A DNA stretch of 64,000 bases from Tubiluchus corallicola (GCA_030141605.1 JAQGDQ010000570.1:74575-138574); one strand, 5' to 3'. Numbered from the stretch's first letter, positions 27,201-37,239 are shown. Made by a program: numbers and translations. The notes: generated from the sequence alone by a model not told the origin.

Positions 27201-30200
27201 GTTAACCTTCCTCATAATGTCCTTCCACGACTTATCTACCTGTGAAAACATTTTTGCTTCAACAGGTAATTGTCTCTGGATATCTGGTGCACAAAATACG
27301 TTTTCAAGATACAACCAGTTGCGCTGACACTCCAGCCACTGATCTAGTGTTTGGCCAAACAGCTGAAGATTTTTTACCCATTCATCAACTCTCGGTTTGA
27401 TTGGCCCCACGTGACGGGAGTTTGCTATTGTGCCAATGTTTATACTGCTGTCCTCAAACAACTGTTGTATATCATCAGTGCCACCAAGTATAAACACATC
27501 TTTAGAATCTTTGTGGGGCAGAACAATAAACTCAGCAGTCTTCCATGCATCTTCAACCTTTTTCAGAATAGTTTCCAAGCTAGCTTCAGCACTAGCTTCA
27601 CCAGATATATTTTGAATTTCTTCGCTTCTACCAAATGCATTAATTTGTTCGAGCAGAAAAAGAGTGATGACCTCATCTGGCATAATGGATCTATCAAGCA
27701 CATTTTCAATTGCTTCCCAGTGGCGACTTTTAAGAGCAGGATTTCTCAAATTGGAAATGACAGGTAGTTTGTGTCTCATTTCCTCAACTTCTTCCTTTAG
27801 CTCTGGCAGTATTTTGTTCATCGGCAGTCCTTTCTCTAGTTGCTGAACAAGTCTCACATACTTGGTAATTTCAACCGTCAACTGTTCAGGCTCTATTTTT
27901 TCAAACTCACATGTGTACCATCCGTTTACAACATCAGACCACTCTTTTACAGATTTCCACAGCGTCTGTCTCAACTTCAAGTCATTTTGCGCTTCTGCAC
28001 CTTCAAATGGCACTACTTCAACATTAAACATCTTTTGATATCCTATAAACTCTGAAGCCTGAGCCTGTAACTCATCCATGCTTTCCTGCAAGCAATTCAA
28101 CAGTGACCATATCTCTTCTTGATTTACATCTGGATCTAATAAAACTGGATTCTGTATATCTGTAAAGACAGCTTTCACGCTTTTGTTCAGGGAAGCCATA
28201 TCCTTACTTAAAATGACAGCCAATTTGTCTATAAGTGCGTCCCTTTCAGACACTCCTCTATCAATAGCGCTACGCAGAGAATAAGCACATCCACTCAAAG
28301 TACTAAAAACAGCAAGGTCTTCAGGCGGGACAGGCACAGCATACTTCTCAATTAAGTCATACATATCCTGCACAATATCGACATCTTGTTCAAGAATGTC
28401 AATTCTCATCTGAACGGAATCCAAAAATGAAAGTTTGTTTACGTAATCCATTGTCGTCTCAGGTTTAGCTTGTAGCCTGTGTACTCCATCTTCGGTCTCA
28501 GTGATAAGTTCATCAGTTTTAGTTTTTGCAAGGGTAGGCATGATATCATATATTACATCAAGGCAGCGCCTAGGTGAAGGAATTATCTGTTCTTTTAGTG
28601 CTAATGTGTCAACCAGAAGTAGTCCAATGGGTGTCTGGTCCAGCAAAGTAGATGCTTGTACACTTTGTCTGGAATATGTCTCTAACGCACTTTGAAAGAA
28701 GTCAAGGTCGCATGTTTCTTTTATGAGCAACTTTTTGTCCAGTGCTTCATTTTCCAAATAAAATGAGCGCACAGGATCAAAGATTTTGCTAAACTCCTCG
28801 CAGTATGCAAAAGCTTTGCTTATATGCGCTTTTACCTCAGCAATAATTTGCTTTATTCTGCCATCATCTGCAACTATCTCTTCAAGACGAGGGCCATTGC
28901 CACAGGTCCTGCTTTCTTTTTTCCTGTTGATGTACGGGCAAATAAAGGGATCAAAAGTAGCATCTGGTGTAAGTGTTTCTAAGGCAAATGCTGTTGTCTT
29001 AAAGGCATCAATAACTTTCTCAATGTCAACTTGGAAATAATACCGTGAGGGTCGAAATGTCAACACTTTCTTTGGCAATTGCATTTGCGTCACAAAAAGT
29101 GGGACATCCAAACGAATGGTATCAAGTGTACTTCCAGCATCGACAGCGGTGCTAGATTTGACTGCAAGAGAGGGTCTCGATAAATGTGTCGACTTTCTCT
29201 CGTCGACATCCTTTGTACAATTGTTTGGCAAATTGCCTGTTTTGTCAACTAGAGTCTGAAACTTATTTAACAAAAACTCTATAGAGTTCACAGTTAACAC
29301 GTGCAGCGCATTCAGAACAAGGTAATCTGCTAGTCGCACAAAGCATGTTAATCGGAGACACTTGCTGCGCTTCGTCGCTTGCTCTGTGTATGTCATTTTT
29401 TCGGGCGCATCACCCCAAACTACGATTTTGTTATCAATAGGTATATCAGTGCTGTCATCAGCGTTATAATTGTCTGGGGTGAATCCGTCAGTAACCAAAG
29501 TCACTTTACAAGCGTTTCTCACAACTTCAGCCACTAGATCTCGGAATTCTCTTAACCGAGCAGCTACATCTTGTAACTGGGTTAACTGCTCCTTCACAAA
29601 ACCCTCAAGAGTGTAAGTGCGACCTTCTTTAATATCGCACATGCTCATATGACTTATCGCACACGTCATTTCTCTGACATTCAACAGAGCCGGTCTCAAG
29701 CAGTGGTTAGTTATGAAAAGATTTTCCTTGATTTTTTCTCGGCTTTTTCGATACTTTGTACGTCGCACTGTTTTCCTCCAAAACGTAAAAGCCTTTCGTG
29801 TTTTCGCCAGTTTAAATATCGGAATTTTTATCAGTTCTTGGTAATAGCGGTACTCGTGAGTCCACCTGTCAAGGTCGGTAAAAGTGTGTCCCTCGTCAGT
29901 AATATGCATCACCCCATAGGGACTAAAAGTGTAATAACTACATTTATCACGCTCGCTGTACCTCACAACTTTTAGATTGTAAGGATGATAATGCACAGAC
30001 GATTTAGGCACCGCAGAAGTTAAATACAAAAACCCAAGATCAGGATTTTGCTTTAGTATTTCCACAATTGTGAGAAGATCAGTTATAGACATTAGAACGT
30101 TTAGATCCACGCCAGGTGCCAGCTGAGCTTTCGAAACAGCAGGACAAATGGGACTTAATGTTCGCGAAACAGTCCTGCGTGAAAATGACATTTTTTTCTG

Positions 30201-30512
30201 CTGCTCCAGAAATGACTTGTGTAATTTTGGCAACGAAAGTTTTTCATCTCTAATAGGTGTCTGTTCTTGAAGTTTATCACTTAGTTTTTCTGCATAAACA
30301 TCCTTAACTAGTTTTGCTGCCTTTTCTTTTGTTTTGGTTTCGTCGACTTCTTCACGTAACTCGGTTTTAATAGTTAGCTGCTCCTTTTTTGTCTGATATC
30401 TGGTAAGAGCCGGCAACGGCTGCCATCTCTGCGGACTAATATTCTGGCTTGTACCGCTAACGGCAGAAAACTTCCTTGCTTTTATCTGCTTTTTCTCAAA
30501 ATTGGTAGACAT
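18237..30512 (-). CDS. DNAH6: Axonemal inner-arm dynein heavy chain (DNAH6-type), 4091 aa, single coding exon
   Basis: Uninterrupted ORF with linker FPRFYFLSNDELLEIL; P-loops GPAGTGKT, GPTCGGKT, GTTGVGKS and GVGGTGKQ; stalk/MTBD; C-terminus LSTTGHSTNFV..YWISKGAALLCQL. The P-loop set and C-terminus match DNAH6 as recalled. Confidence 0.93.
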   Translation of the reverse strand: MSTNFEKKQIKARKFSAVSGTSQNISPQRWQPLPALTRYQTKKEQLTIKTELREEVDETKTKEKAAKLVKDVYAEKLSDKLQEQTPIRDEKLSLPKLHKSFLEQQKKMSFSRRTVSRTLSPICPAVSKAQLAPGVDLNVLMSITDLLTIVEILKQNPDLGFLYLTSAVPKSSVHYHPYNLKVVRYSERDKCSYYTFSPYGVMHITDEGHTFTDLDRWTHEYRYYQELIKIPIFKLAKTRKAFTFWRKTVRRTKYRKSREKIKENLFITNHCLRPALLNVREMTCAISHMSMCDIKEGRTYTLEGFVKEQLTQLQDVAARLREFRDLVAEVVRNACKVTLVTDGFTPDNYNADDSTDIPIDNKIVVWGDAPEKMTYTEQATKRSKCLRLTCFVRLADYLVLNALHVLTVNSIEFLLNKFQTLVDKTGNLPNNCTKDVDERKSTHLSRPSLAVKSSTAVDAGSTLDTIRLDVPLFVTQMQLPKKVLTFRPSRYYFQVDIEKVIDAFKTTAFALETLTPDATFDPFICPYINRKKESRTCGNGPRLEEIVADDGRIKQIIAEVKAHISKAFAYCEEFSKIFDPVRSFYLENEALDKKLLIKETCDLDFFQSALETYSRQSVQASTLLDQTPIGLLLVDTLALKEQIIPSPRRCLDVIYDIMPTLAKTKTDELITETEDGVHRLQAKPETTMDYVNKLSFLDSVQMRIDILEQDVDIVQDMYDLIEKYAVPVPPEDLAVFSTLSGCAYSLRSAIDRGVSERDALIDKLAVILSKDMASLNKSVKAVFTDIQNPVLLDPDVNQEEIWSLLNCLQESMDELQAQASEFIGYQKMFNVEVVPFEGAEAQNDLKLRQTLWKSVKEWSDVVNGWYTCEFEKIEPEQLTVEITKYVRLVQQLEKGLPMNKILPELKEEVEEMRHKLPVISNLRNPALKSRHWEAIENVLDRSIMPDEVITLFLLEQINAFGRSEEIQNISGEASAEASLETILKKVEDAWKTAEFIVLPHKDSKDVFILGGTDDIQQLFEDSSINIGTIANSRHVGPIKPRVDEWVKNLQLFGQTLDQWLECQRNWLYLENVFCAPDIQRQLPVEAKMFSQVDKSWKDIMRKVNKIPLAIRAATQPGLLETLQTNNALLEQVQKCLEDYLESKRVIFPRFYFLSNDELLEILSQTRNPQAVQPHLRKCFDAIAYLQFGTQDDKPTNEILAMNSPEGEHVVLQKGLKARGNVEEWLGKVEEAMVSTLHKATKLAIAEFSEESRTNWVISHPSQVVLTASQIIWCRTLEQCLNADDDRYGLLEMFLEKCFCDLNELASLVRGDLSKLERSTICALITVDVHSRDIVTGMIEAEVDEIHHFEWQKQLRYYWNLEIDNCLVCMSNSSYVYGYEYLGASSRLVITPLTDRCYLCLMGALQLKLGGAPAGPAGTGKTETVKDLAKSLAKQCVVFNCSEGLDYKIMARFFAGLAQSGAWFCFDEFNRIDIEVLSVIAQQLLTIRNAKVANLKTFAFEGRDIKLVPSCAAFITMNPGYAGRTELPDNLKSLFRPQAMMVPDYSLIAEVILYSEGFESSKSLAKKMTQMYKLCSEQLSQQDHYDFGMRAVKSVLVMAGSLKRENPDKSEDVVLIRALRDSNLPKFLSHDVELFQAILQDLFPGVVLPEHDYGSFEKFIIESMIRHDLKAVPTSVKKIIQLFETMQVRHGVMLVGPTCGGKTTCYEILKDTLTDLYEAKIEHPDYRPVSTYVLNPKSVTLGELYGEVNKLTLEWRDGILAQIVRAACQDLKDEHKWVVCDGPVDALWIENMNTVLDDNKMLCLANSERIKLPPNIHMLFEVQDLAVASPATVSRCGMVYVDPEELGWKPYVETWIPRLDAKGIRPELTDYILELFHRYVDDGLRFVKKKCVQAMEQVDLGKVATLCYLLESLLTAEDGPNLDMAGIQLNGLIYMTFVFCYFWAIGGNLSECSGEEFNAFVHEQFEDKDARIPSGEELWKYYVDYETQQFELWDRVVPRFNYSKTLPFFDMLVPTVYSVKFSFLMEKLVTVHKPVLFTGTTGVGKSVIASSLLNKATKRGKYLSMFINFSAQTSSNRMQSMIEGKLEKHKKNVLGPPSDKRMVIFVDDLNMPKLDTYGCQPPIELLRQYLGFGGFYDRDQLFWKEIHNVTLCAACAPPGGGRNPVTLRLIRFFSMFCIPSPDESSLKHIFSCIITGFLADYNHAVKQSAEYVVKSAVEIYNRMSTDLLPTPAKSHYVFNLRDLSKCIQGMLQVSPIVVKSQQQLLRLFHHEALRVFHDRLINQEDKLYFHNILAEVSYRQFHEHIDPVSFTASPIIFGDFVKTEVEKADRLYEDLLDMDKVKKALDKYLDDYNMESSKELKLVFFLDAVEHISRIARVIRQERGNALLVGVGGTGKQSVTKLASHFCGCDCFQIELCRGYDYTAFREDLKALYFAAGLENKSTVFLFSDTQIVVEEFLEDINNMLNSGEVPNLFEPEDYEQIMIKCRDPAEAAGVVDNDRDGIFQFFINRVRNNLHIVLCMSPVGNSFRNRCRMFPSLINCCTIDWFTEWPQDALLSVSEALFEQVDLGDDTVKNKISAMCSEIHLSVTELTEKFYAELRRRYYTTPTSYLELINLYICMYKKKKEEIISARDRVKNGLSKLLETNELIGKMEVELVALEPVLKRKSEEVTKLMKELSVDKQKADKVRKVVMVDEAKATMKADETAAIAADAQRDLDEALPALEASVKALDALDKNDISEVKVFSKPPEMVLTVMEAVCILLGAKPDWEMSKKLLSDAGFLKRLVDYDKDSIPDSTLKKLKKYIENPKFVPEVVEKTSKACKSLCMWIIAIDLYAKVVKVVEPKRKKLAIAQKELDATNAVLKEQQDKLHKVEDNIKSLQQKYEDTVREKSELQGNIQQTSNRLKRASVLTTALADEEERWKISALSFEDDLNNIVGNVFVAAACVAYYGAFTSQYRDQLVGPWVAKCKQLQIPISSDFNLIKILGDPYKIRQWNIDGLPRDDFSTENALLATNSNRWPLLIDPQDQANHWIMQMEAKNNLQIVKQTDSNFMRTVENCIRIGMPILIEEVQESLDPALKPVLLKQTFIEGGRPVIRLGESVVDYDPNFRLYLTTKLANPHYLPEICIKVTIINFTVTLSGLEDQLLSDVVSLERPDLETERNKLIVEINNNKNQLKNIEDKILHMLYNSEGNVLDDEELVNALNDSKVTSGVIARELKNAVTTEEKITKAREKYRSVAARGSVLYFVIVDLAEIDPMYQYSLKYFKQLFSMCIENSEKSENLQTRLQTLLDQSLLTVYTNVSRGLFERHKLLFSFMLCTSIMRQDDVIKQSEWNFFVRGPAGIDKERREKEDLPWLSQAMWNMCCDLADTIPAFASLTDVVTKCNCYVTIGETKVSINPTEWPTYKPDLSKNCDDGYWNGRLSDFQKLMFVKAFREEKVLFAVTDFVRRNLSQTFVESPPVELQLLYEDISYKIPLVFILSTGSDPMGAFMRFAREKNYADKVQTISLGQGQGPVAEKLIASALETGEWVFLQNCHLAASWMLTMETLIKSFSTKDAEINKNFRLFLSSMPVKSFPVSVLQNSVKVTNEPPKGLRANIRRAFGELTPEAFEEHHLGMDWKKIIFGICFFHAIVQERKKFGPLGWNIQYDFSDSDRECAIENLKIFCAESAIPWEALIYITGQITYGGRVTDYWDERCLRTVLKRFFAPETLETDYKYSESGMYYAPEYMSLQEYRDYINDLPIADDPEIFGMNYNANISYQIEETNKLITTLMNVQPRLVGGGTGESNDDTVHDLSVNILDKLTEKLDIEEAPEALFELDANGRINSLTTVLSQEVDRFNNLLRIIKDSLQTLQKAIKGFVVMSEELENVYNAFLNNRVPELWESAAYPSLKPLGSWVTDLVMRTAFIDDWIHHGHPFSYWMSGLFFPQGFLTGTLQNHARKYGLPIDQLSFEFHVLPLYRHQAEYFAVRDKMRFGRKLAIDEELPCIEDGVIVHGIFMDAFRWNMEDMVVEDSLFGEMTSPLPAMHMEPKMNYELGENLYTAPLYKTGARAGVLSTTGHSTNFVVPVHLPSMQPQDYWISKGAALLCQLND

Positions 30513-30522
30513 TTCCGTTACT

Positions 30523-32104
30523 CTGAAATTTTAAAATCCAGTAAACATGATAATTTTATATGATCTGATCAACCGATGTTAATTAACTACATAACGAATT
30601 GAAAGTACTCTAAAAGGGAAGAAAAGGCAACTTTAAAGTATTTATACAAAGAAGTTTCCATGCAAAGTTATATTACTTAGATTTACGTTTACCTGTTTGA
30701 AATACTTATGTAACCAGAAAGGAAAATTCTTAATAATTTACAATGTTCGCGCCATGTGGTAAAATGGCACTGCATTGCCTACTCAGTGTGCACCACTGAT
30801 TCACCTAAATACTCATTAATAATCTTACTGACATTATAAATTAATTTTGGTTTTGGCTGCAAAGAGTGCACTACGAATGCTCTGATTATTTTTTGAAACT
30901 TTACGCAATACTTGATTCAAAGGACCTACAGTTAAAATGGCTGCACATGATGATCTAAGTTTACAAGTTTTATACAGCATTATTGCTAATGCAAATTCTG
31001 TGTGCAATAAGACCGCATGGAAGTGATATAAAATTTCAAGCCGAATTCTTCAAGCTTCATTTATGAAGAGTAGTTTCTTGTGCTTTAAAGCACAAGAAAG
31101 CCCTTCACTTACATCCAGCTTAAAAAATTCGTCTAGAAATTTTATACCACTTACATATTACCTTTTCGTATGCATGGCTTGCCTTGGCCACAACACTGCA
31201 TAAAACGTGTAAGTTGAAACTCCCGCAGACATTTTATAACAATGAATAAACCTGCGTGAACAACATTAACAGCTTTGCGTGATGCCAAAAAAGAAATTCA
31301 ACTTGCACAATTCTTGAGCGACACGCTTCGATCCCCGGCAGCCGGCTTTGTTTTCCGTCGGAAATATCCGAAAGTCTAAACAGGTACACAACACTCGTCG
31401 GACATGCGTGACGTGCAAGAATGACATGCAGATTTGAGAGTCACAACAGATATAATCTAAACATGACTTTACTTCAAAAAAAGGTTTAGCTGCAATTTAA
31501 GGCACCAAAATCAATTGTATATTGGGCTTACATACAGTACTGCTTAATTATTATCACTTCAGCTTCCAATATATATATATATATATATATAACAAAATAT
31601 TTCAAGTTTAGCTATCACTTTATGTATGCCTATATTAACCGTGAAACAAAACTACTGAGTACTGTAAACGTATATTGGGCTTAAATATAGTACTGCTTAA
31701 TTATTATCACTTCAGCTTCCAATATATATAACAAAATATTTCAAGTTTAGCTATCACTTTATGTATCCCTATAATTATATTAACCGTGAAACAAAACTAC
31801 TGTAAACGTATATTGGGCTTAAATATAGTACTGCTTAATTATTATCACGTCAGCTTCCAATATATATATAACAAAATATTTCAAGTTTAGCTATCACTTT
31901 ATGTATCCCTATATTAACCGTGAAACAAAACTACTGTAAACGTATATTGGGCTTAAATACAGAACTGCTTAATTATTATCACTTCAGCTTCCAATATAAC
32001 AAAATATTTCAAGTTTAGCTATCACTTTGTGTATGCCTATATTAACCGTTAACGGTGTTAAAATCAAGGACAAGATGCAAGCAATTGGAAGTTTAATAAC
32101 ATAC
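30523..32104 (-). other. Putative 5'-UTR intron of the dynein gene
   Basis: Strong acceptor aaaatTTCAG 10 nt before the ATG; candidate donor G|GTATGT at 32105/32104. Other donors nearby (about 30692 and 31112) are possible. Confidence 0.5.
31517..32049. repeat. Tandem repeat, 4 copies of about 134-153 bp
   Basis: Units begin gtatattgggctta at 31517, 31670, 31808 and 31942; they differ in internal (TA)n length. Confidence 0.9.
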
Positions 32105-32214
32105 CGTGGACTAAAATGTTATCAGGAAAGTATCAGTAATAATAATTACTACTTTAACCCGGAATCAAGGAAAATCAGTAAGCTTCACGCCACAAGTTTT
32201 GAAATTTACGCGGC

Positions 32215-32227
32215 GTTACCAAGCAAC
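32215..32227. promoter_or_regulatory. RFX X-box, candidate ciliary promoter of the dynein gene
   Basis: GTTACC-A-AGCAAC fits GTNRCC(N0-3)RGYAAC; about 110 bp upstream of the candidate first-exon donor. Confidence 0.65.
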
Positions 32228-32450
32228 TTCATCGTTATCATCATACCAAACGATAAACGCCGTCAGGTAGAGCACAAACAAGAATCAAGAATTCCACCGA
32301 CTGTCACATTTTCACAGGTCTCTTCTTAACAACTGTTGTATCATTAAAAATTACCAGTACACTTTCTTATCGTCGATCGTGAAAATGAGCAACCGAGTTT
32401 ACTACTGAAAATTGATTGATCATCTCTGTAAAGTCTTTTTTTCAGTGATT

Positions 32451-32496
32451 AATAATGATGATGACGATAATGATAGTTGATGATGATGATGACGAC

Positions 32497-32589
<93 letters not shown>

Positions 32590-32852
32590 CATTGTGTAAA
32601 GTTGGGTTAATTTAAATTCAACAGACAACACAAGTTTGCCATGAAGTTTTTATTGCCCACTGTAAATAACAATCTAATCATACACAACAAATATTATTAT
32701 TACCTCATTTTATTACCCACTTTCACCCCAAATACCATACACCAGGCAGGACAACAGCAGGCACCATTTTTAAAGACTTTCGTGTGACCTGGCCGTAATA
32801 TTGAACTCACGATCTCCCAGACGGAAAGCAGAAAGGTTACTGATGGACTATA
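32451..32852 (-). mobile_element. tRNA-derived SINE (MetaSINE-like) with (ATT)n/(ATC)n tail
   Basis: Reverse complement has a tRNA-like head plus ctttaaaaatggtgcctgctg..ctgcctgg core; homologous to 38856-39129; microsatellite at 32451-32588. Confidence 0.7.
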
Positions 32853-34181
32853 GGTAATGTATTTTAACTGCAAATAAAGATTATAATTTATGTACATAAA
32901 ATAATTAAACCGTGTCTATTGGCGTACGTAGCTGGTCGAGACACCCAGATTGCTTGTCAGCGAATCCGACAAGTGATATGCCTATTACTCTTGATATGCA
33001 GGAATAATACTCAGTCTTTGCCTAAGAACGAAATACAAACCGGATCGTTAAATTTTTCTTTTGATTAGAGACGATTCTGAGGTAATAAAATTATAATACA
33101 TATAAAATTAATTTTCTACAGTTACAAAATTACTTTAACAGCAATATTATAAATAGTAATTTACAAGATACGATATGCGACTTAATTCAACATCATCCGC
33201 ACTTCAGTTAATAGTCTACCATAACTACTAATAACAATAATTACAGTTACTACAATAACTATTCTATTTATTTCAAAAGTGCAGCACAATTTCAATTTGT
33301 TAGTAGCACAGAAAAAAGAGAATATTTACACATTTTAATAATTTCAACAAAAAAGGAAAATAAATAAAACAGTAAGTAGTCAAGGAGAGTACAGTAAAAA
33401 TACATTACGTAAGTTGATTTTGACGTATCTAATCTAGTAACAGGTTAATTTCATTCTTGTTCGAGGATTCGAACTGTTTACGCTCGTTTGCATTTACGAT
33501 ATCTTTCACAAGTAATACATGATAACTCTGCTTATTGGTCACATTGTAAACGCTCTTTGAGATGTAATCTGTCTTACATTACGCATTAAACAAAAATGTT
33601 CGTTTTCTTATTCTTATAAGTGACGGCTCGTGTATAGATACCGTGGAACTGCAGCACCCCCTATTTTCACCCAATATTATCGAAAATGTTCATTATAATA
33701 AGACCTTTTTCTTTAGTTCGTTTTTTATACATGTACCGACCCAGAGCACGTGAGGGTGGTACTGTTTGCTTCACAGCCTAGCACAGTGTTCTCCAGCAGC
33801 GGGGTGTTTGGCTGTTGCGCACACGTGTCTGAACCCAAGTAGAAAAAGTACTGTCACGCACACAGTTTATTGTTAGTTGTCACGTGCTTACCGAAAATGG
33901 ATCAAGATTGAACTGTGACAATTTAGGCTATTTGTTTAGAATTTTATCAAGTTAATGTATAAACTTTCGCATGTTTGTTTGTTTAAAATTACAAGTACAA
34001 ATTACAATATTTAAATTACATATGTTTGTTTCACTTTACACAGTATTTAAACAATGGTTAAAAATTTTCTGAAGCAGCGCTCCCAGTAATTTTAACTACA
34101 AGCCACCAGTGAAGCTAACGGCGATAATTTATAGTCCGTATGTTTACCTCTATTTTAATTTGTTAGTAAATTTATTCTTAA

Positions 34182-34704
34182 AGGAAGACCGAACGATCGC
34201 TTAGACTCAATCTTATTTTAATTTACTGTCCAAAATATAGATTTTCTTGTCTATAAAAGGTAACAGTTGCTCTTATATTTGAATAATTAGTTTAGAAAGT
34301 TAATTAGTGGCAGCCGAACACAGGTATTGCATACGTCAGAAGCTAATCACAGTTTGTGCAATGGCAGGCGTCTTCCCTTGCGCAACAAGCACATTTGCAC
34401 AAGTGTTACAGTACTGTTTAAACGCATGATGTTACGAAAAGTGGGCTCTACATCATATGACGTCGGAAACTAACACTGCAGTTCATGATCATGTTTTCAC
34501 GGTACCGTCTTCTATTTGTCGGCTACGCGAATGTGACAAAAAGGCGCCACTGCCAATCTTAGTAGATTCACTGAACGAAATTTGAGTACCTGAGGTAATC
34601 ATTATTTAATCTAAACTTTGATTTAAAATAAGCTATTGTAATTTTCAATATTTTAGAACATTTTTTATTCTGAGCTCATGTTTGCACAATCATTTGGTTT
34701 TCCT
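34182..34704. mobile_element. Kolobok-like MITE, family B copy 1
   Basis: TTAA|aggaagaccgaacgat ... atttggttttcct|TTAA; full-length match to 35881-36412. Confidence 0.8.
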
Positions 34705-35880
34705 TTAATGTATAGATTCCTTTTCATAAGCATTCATTCATCACACGCAATTTAATCCCCTTTATTACTCAGACGTTTTAGCAATTTCAATTAATTTAAT
34801 GTGTAGAAATTTTCAGAAAAACACAATTTCCAAGTCTCACCATAATTGTTCACCACGATTACTGGTAATTATTTCGGAGCGCTTTTATTATCCATAAAAA
34901 TATAAAGTGATTTTTTTTATTTCTAATCATTTTATTAGAAGAGACAGTAATCAATTACACAACAGGAAGGAAGCACTTAGTTACTATAACTGAAAGATAA
35001 TCTTTTTATTTCTGATCTTTGTGGGCAGATTTTACAGGCCCTCGAGATGTAGCCACTGAGGAATACTACTGTTACTGTCAACAAAAAAAAAACTTTAAAA
35101 AACCCACCTAATAAGTCTTTTCTTAGTTTCGTTGTGCACGGACGCAGTTTCTGTAGGTCAACGGTTAAGTGCACCACAGCAACGCATCTTAACTACAACC
35201 GTCACGTAACATGCGTATAAAACAAAGCCGTTTGCCCTGTCAGTTCAGTAACGTGAGTTGTTTAACGTGAACTTTAATTAATTATGGATTAGTCTGTGTC
35301 TAGAGTGATTTACTAGCAGTATCTTGTTTACGAACAAGAAAAAATAAACTCGGTAAGGTTCTAGCTACCTGTAAAAACTGCTACTATTACCATAGCATGG
35401 ACTGCGAGGCGTTGTAAAGTGTACACAAACGCGTTGTCTGATAGACTTAGCCTTAACCTTTTCATGATCATTATCAATCGATGGAACTGTGAAAAGGCTT
35501 ATTTTAAGCTAGTTTTCTAAAAAACTTATTCTTTAAAATATTGAAAGGGAATGTACTACTTTTCAAGAATGAGTTATGCGAGAAATTAGAGAGATTATCA
35601 CAGAAGCGTTGGCATGGCATGGCTAGCTCTCTTTCTGTTACATGCATTTCGGCACTCGACAGTTAGATGGGCACCAGCGTCTGCATTTCGGAAACGCGTT
35701 ATCGGTTTACGAAGGCACCTTTATCGCACCTCAAAATGGGGATTTGGTTTCCTTTAAAGCAATTGATACTCTGCAAGCGTTTTTCTAGATACAATGAGGA
35801 AACTTTCCACCTCATCTTTTGAGGCTCTCCAGCGGGCAGAGATCAAGCCCTGGGCTTCTGACCCAGAAGTAATGTCTTAA

Positions 35881-36412
35881 AGGAAGACCGGACGATTGTT
35901 TAGACTCAATCTCATTTTAATTTACTGACCAAAATATACATTTTCTTGCCTGTTAAAGTTAACAATTGTTCCTTATATTTGAATAATTAGCTTAGAAAGT
36001 TAATTAACGGCAACCGAACGCAGCTATTGCTTACGTCAGAAACTAACCACAGTTTGTGCAATGGCAGGCGTCTTCGCTTGCGCGTCGAGCACGTTTGCAT
36101 AAGTGTTACAGTACTGTTTAAACGCATGATGTCACGAAAAATGGGCTCTACATCATATAACGTCAGAAACCAACACTGCAGTTCATGATCATGCTTATCA
36201 CGGTACCGCCTTCTATTTGTCGGCCACGCGAATGTGACAAGAAGGCGCCGCTGCCAATCTTAGTAGATCCACTGAACGAAATTTGAGTATCTGAGGTAAT
36301 TATTATTTAATCTAATCTTTGATTATTATTGTAAAAATAATAATTGTAGTTTTCAATATTTGAGAGCATTCTTTATTCTGGGCTGATGTTTACACAATCA
36401 TCCGGTTTTTCT
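35881..36412. mobile_element. Kolobok-like MITE, family B copy 2
   Basis: TTAA|aggaagaccggacgat ... atccggtttttct|TTAA. Confidence 0.8.
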
Positions 36413-37239
36413 TTAACGCAGGGTCTCTAGGCTTCAGCTAGACAACATGATAGGTAATTAAGCCTTAAAAATATTGCTATAATCATTACGATTGTATTAA
36501 TGATGCAAACAGATTTTGGTCTGTTGTGTCGCCTTGCTATAAATGCAAAATGTTTGCCGAAGATATTATAATAAAAATTATAATAATAATTATTAGTGGC
36601 ATTCTTTTGTTGCTGGAGCATTAATGAGAAGTATTTTCAAAGGAATTTTGCAAGTAAGATGGGTTTTCATCGACGAAAACGGTCAAATTTCCTTCAAGGA
36701 AACGATAACCAACGAGCTCACGATACCGCGAATAGAAGAACAGCAACAAGAAGGGATAACTGTGCAGCAGATCCTCTTTATAGGTTGCTCAGCAAGTGAG
36801 AATAAAAAATCCAGGCCGTCTTTACTGGCTGCCAGAACCAGTTATGAAGCCGCTACTGATAGTTTCATCGATTTCCCTTTGGCCTTGAACTGTGTAAGCA
36901 AGCAGTGATGGCTGTTAACGCCTATCTTTTTTTTATCTTGTTTGGCGTTCGTTTTTGTGAGTTTTGTAGCTGTTTCCAGCGCAGCAGACTAACAATTATC
37001 AAATTACTGCAGGCATTTTACAATCGCAGGCTAGAAAGCTCAATAACATTTACACAGTTAGCTGAAACCAAAGAATTCGGCTTAAACTACACTGACTTGA
37101 ATAAATAAATTAATAAACAAATAAAAGAGAAATGAATATTATAAAAAAGTCAAACCCGCTGTAACACGAGCTGCATATAAAATTTGCTTTCGCAACGACA
37201 GCGTAGGAAATAAAAGATTCAAATGATTTTAGTACTCTC

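Noticed and set aside
18170-29975. Many short ORFs overlapping the dynein gene
   Set aside because: Antisense or off-frame shadows of a long CDS with no independent motifs.
18237-30512. Dynein as a processed pseudogene or contaminant
   Set aside because: The ORF is intact over 4091 codons, has no poly(A)/TSD scar, and is flanked by the same repeat families seen elsewhere in the window.
36624-36908. 94-aa ORF with protein-like composition
   Set aside because: No recognisable family or convincing splice sites; may be a transposon relic; needs blastx.
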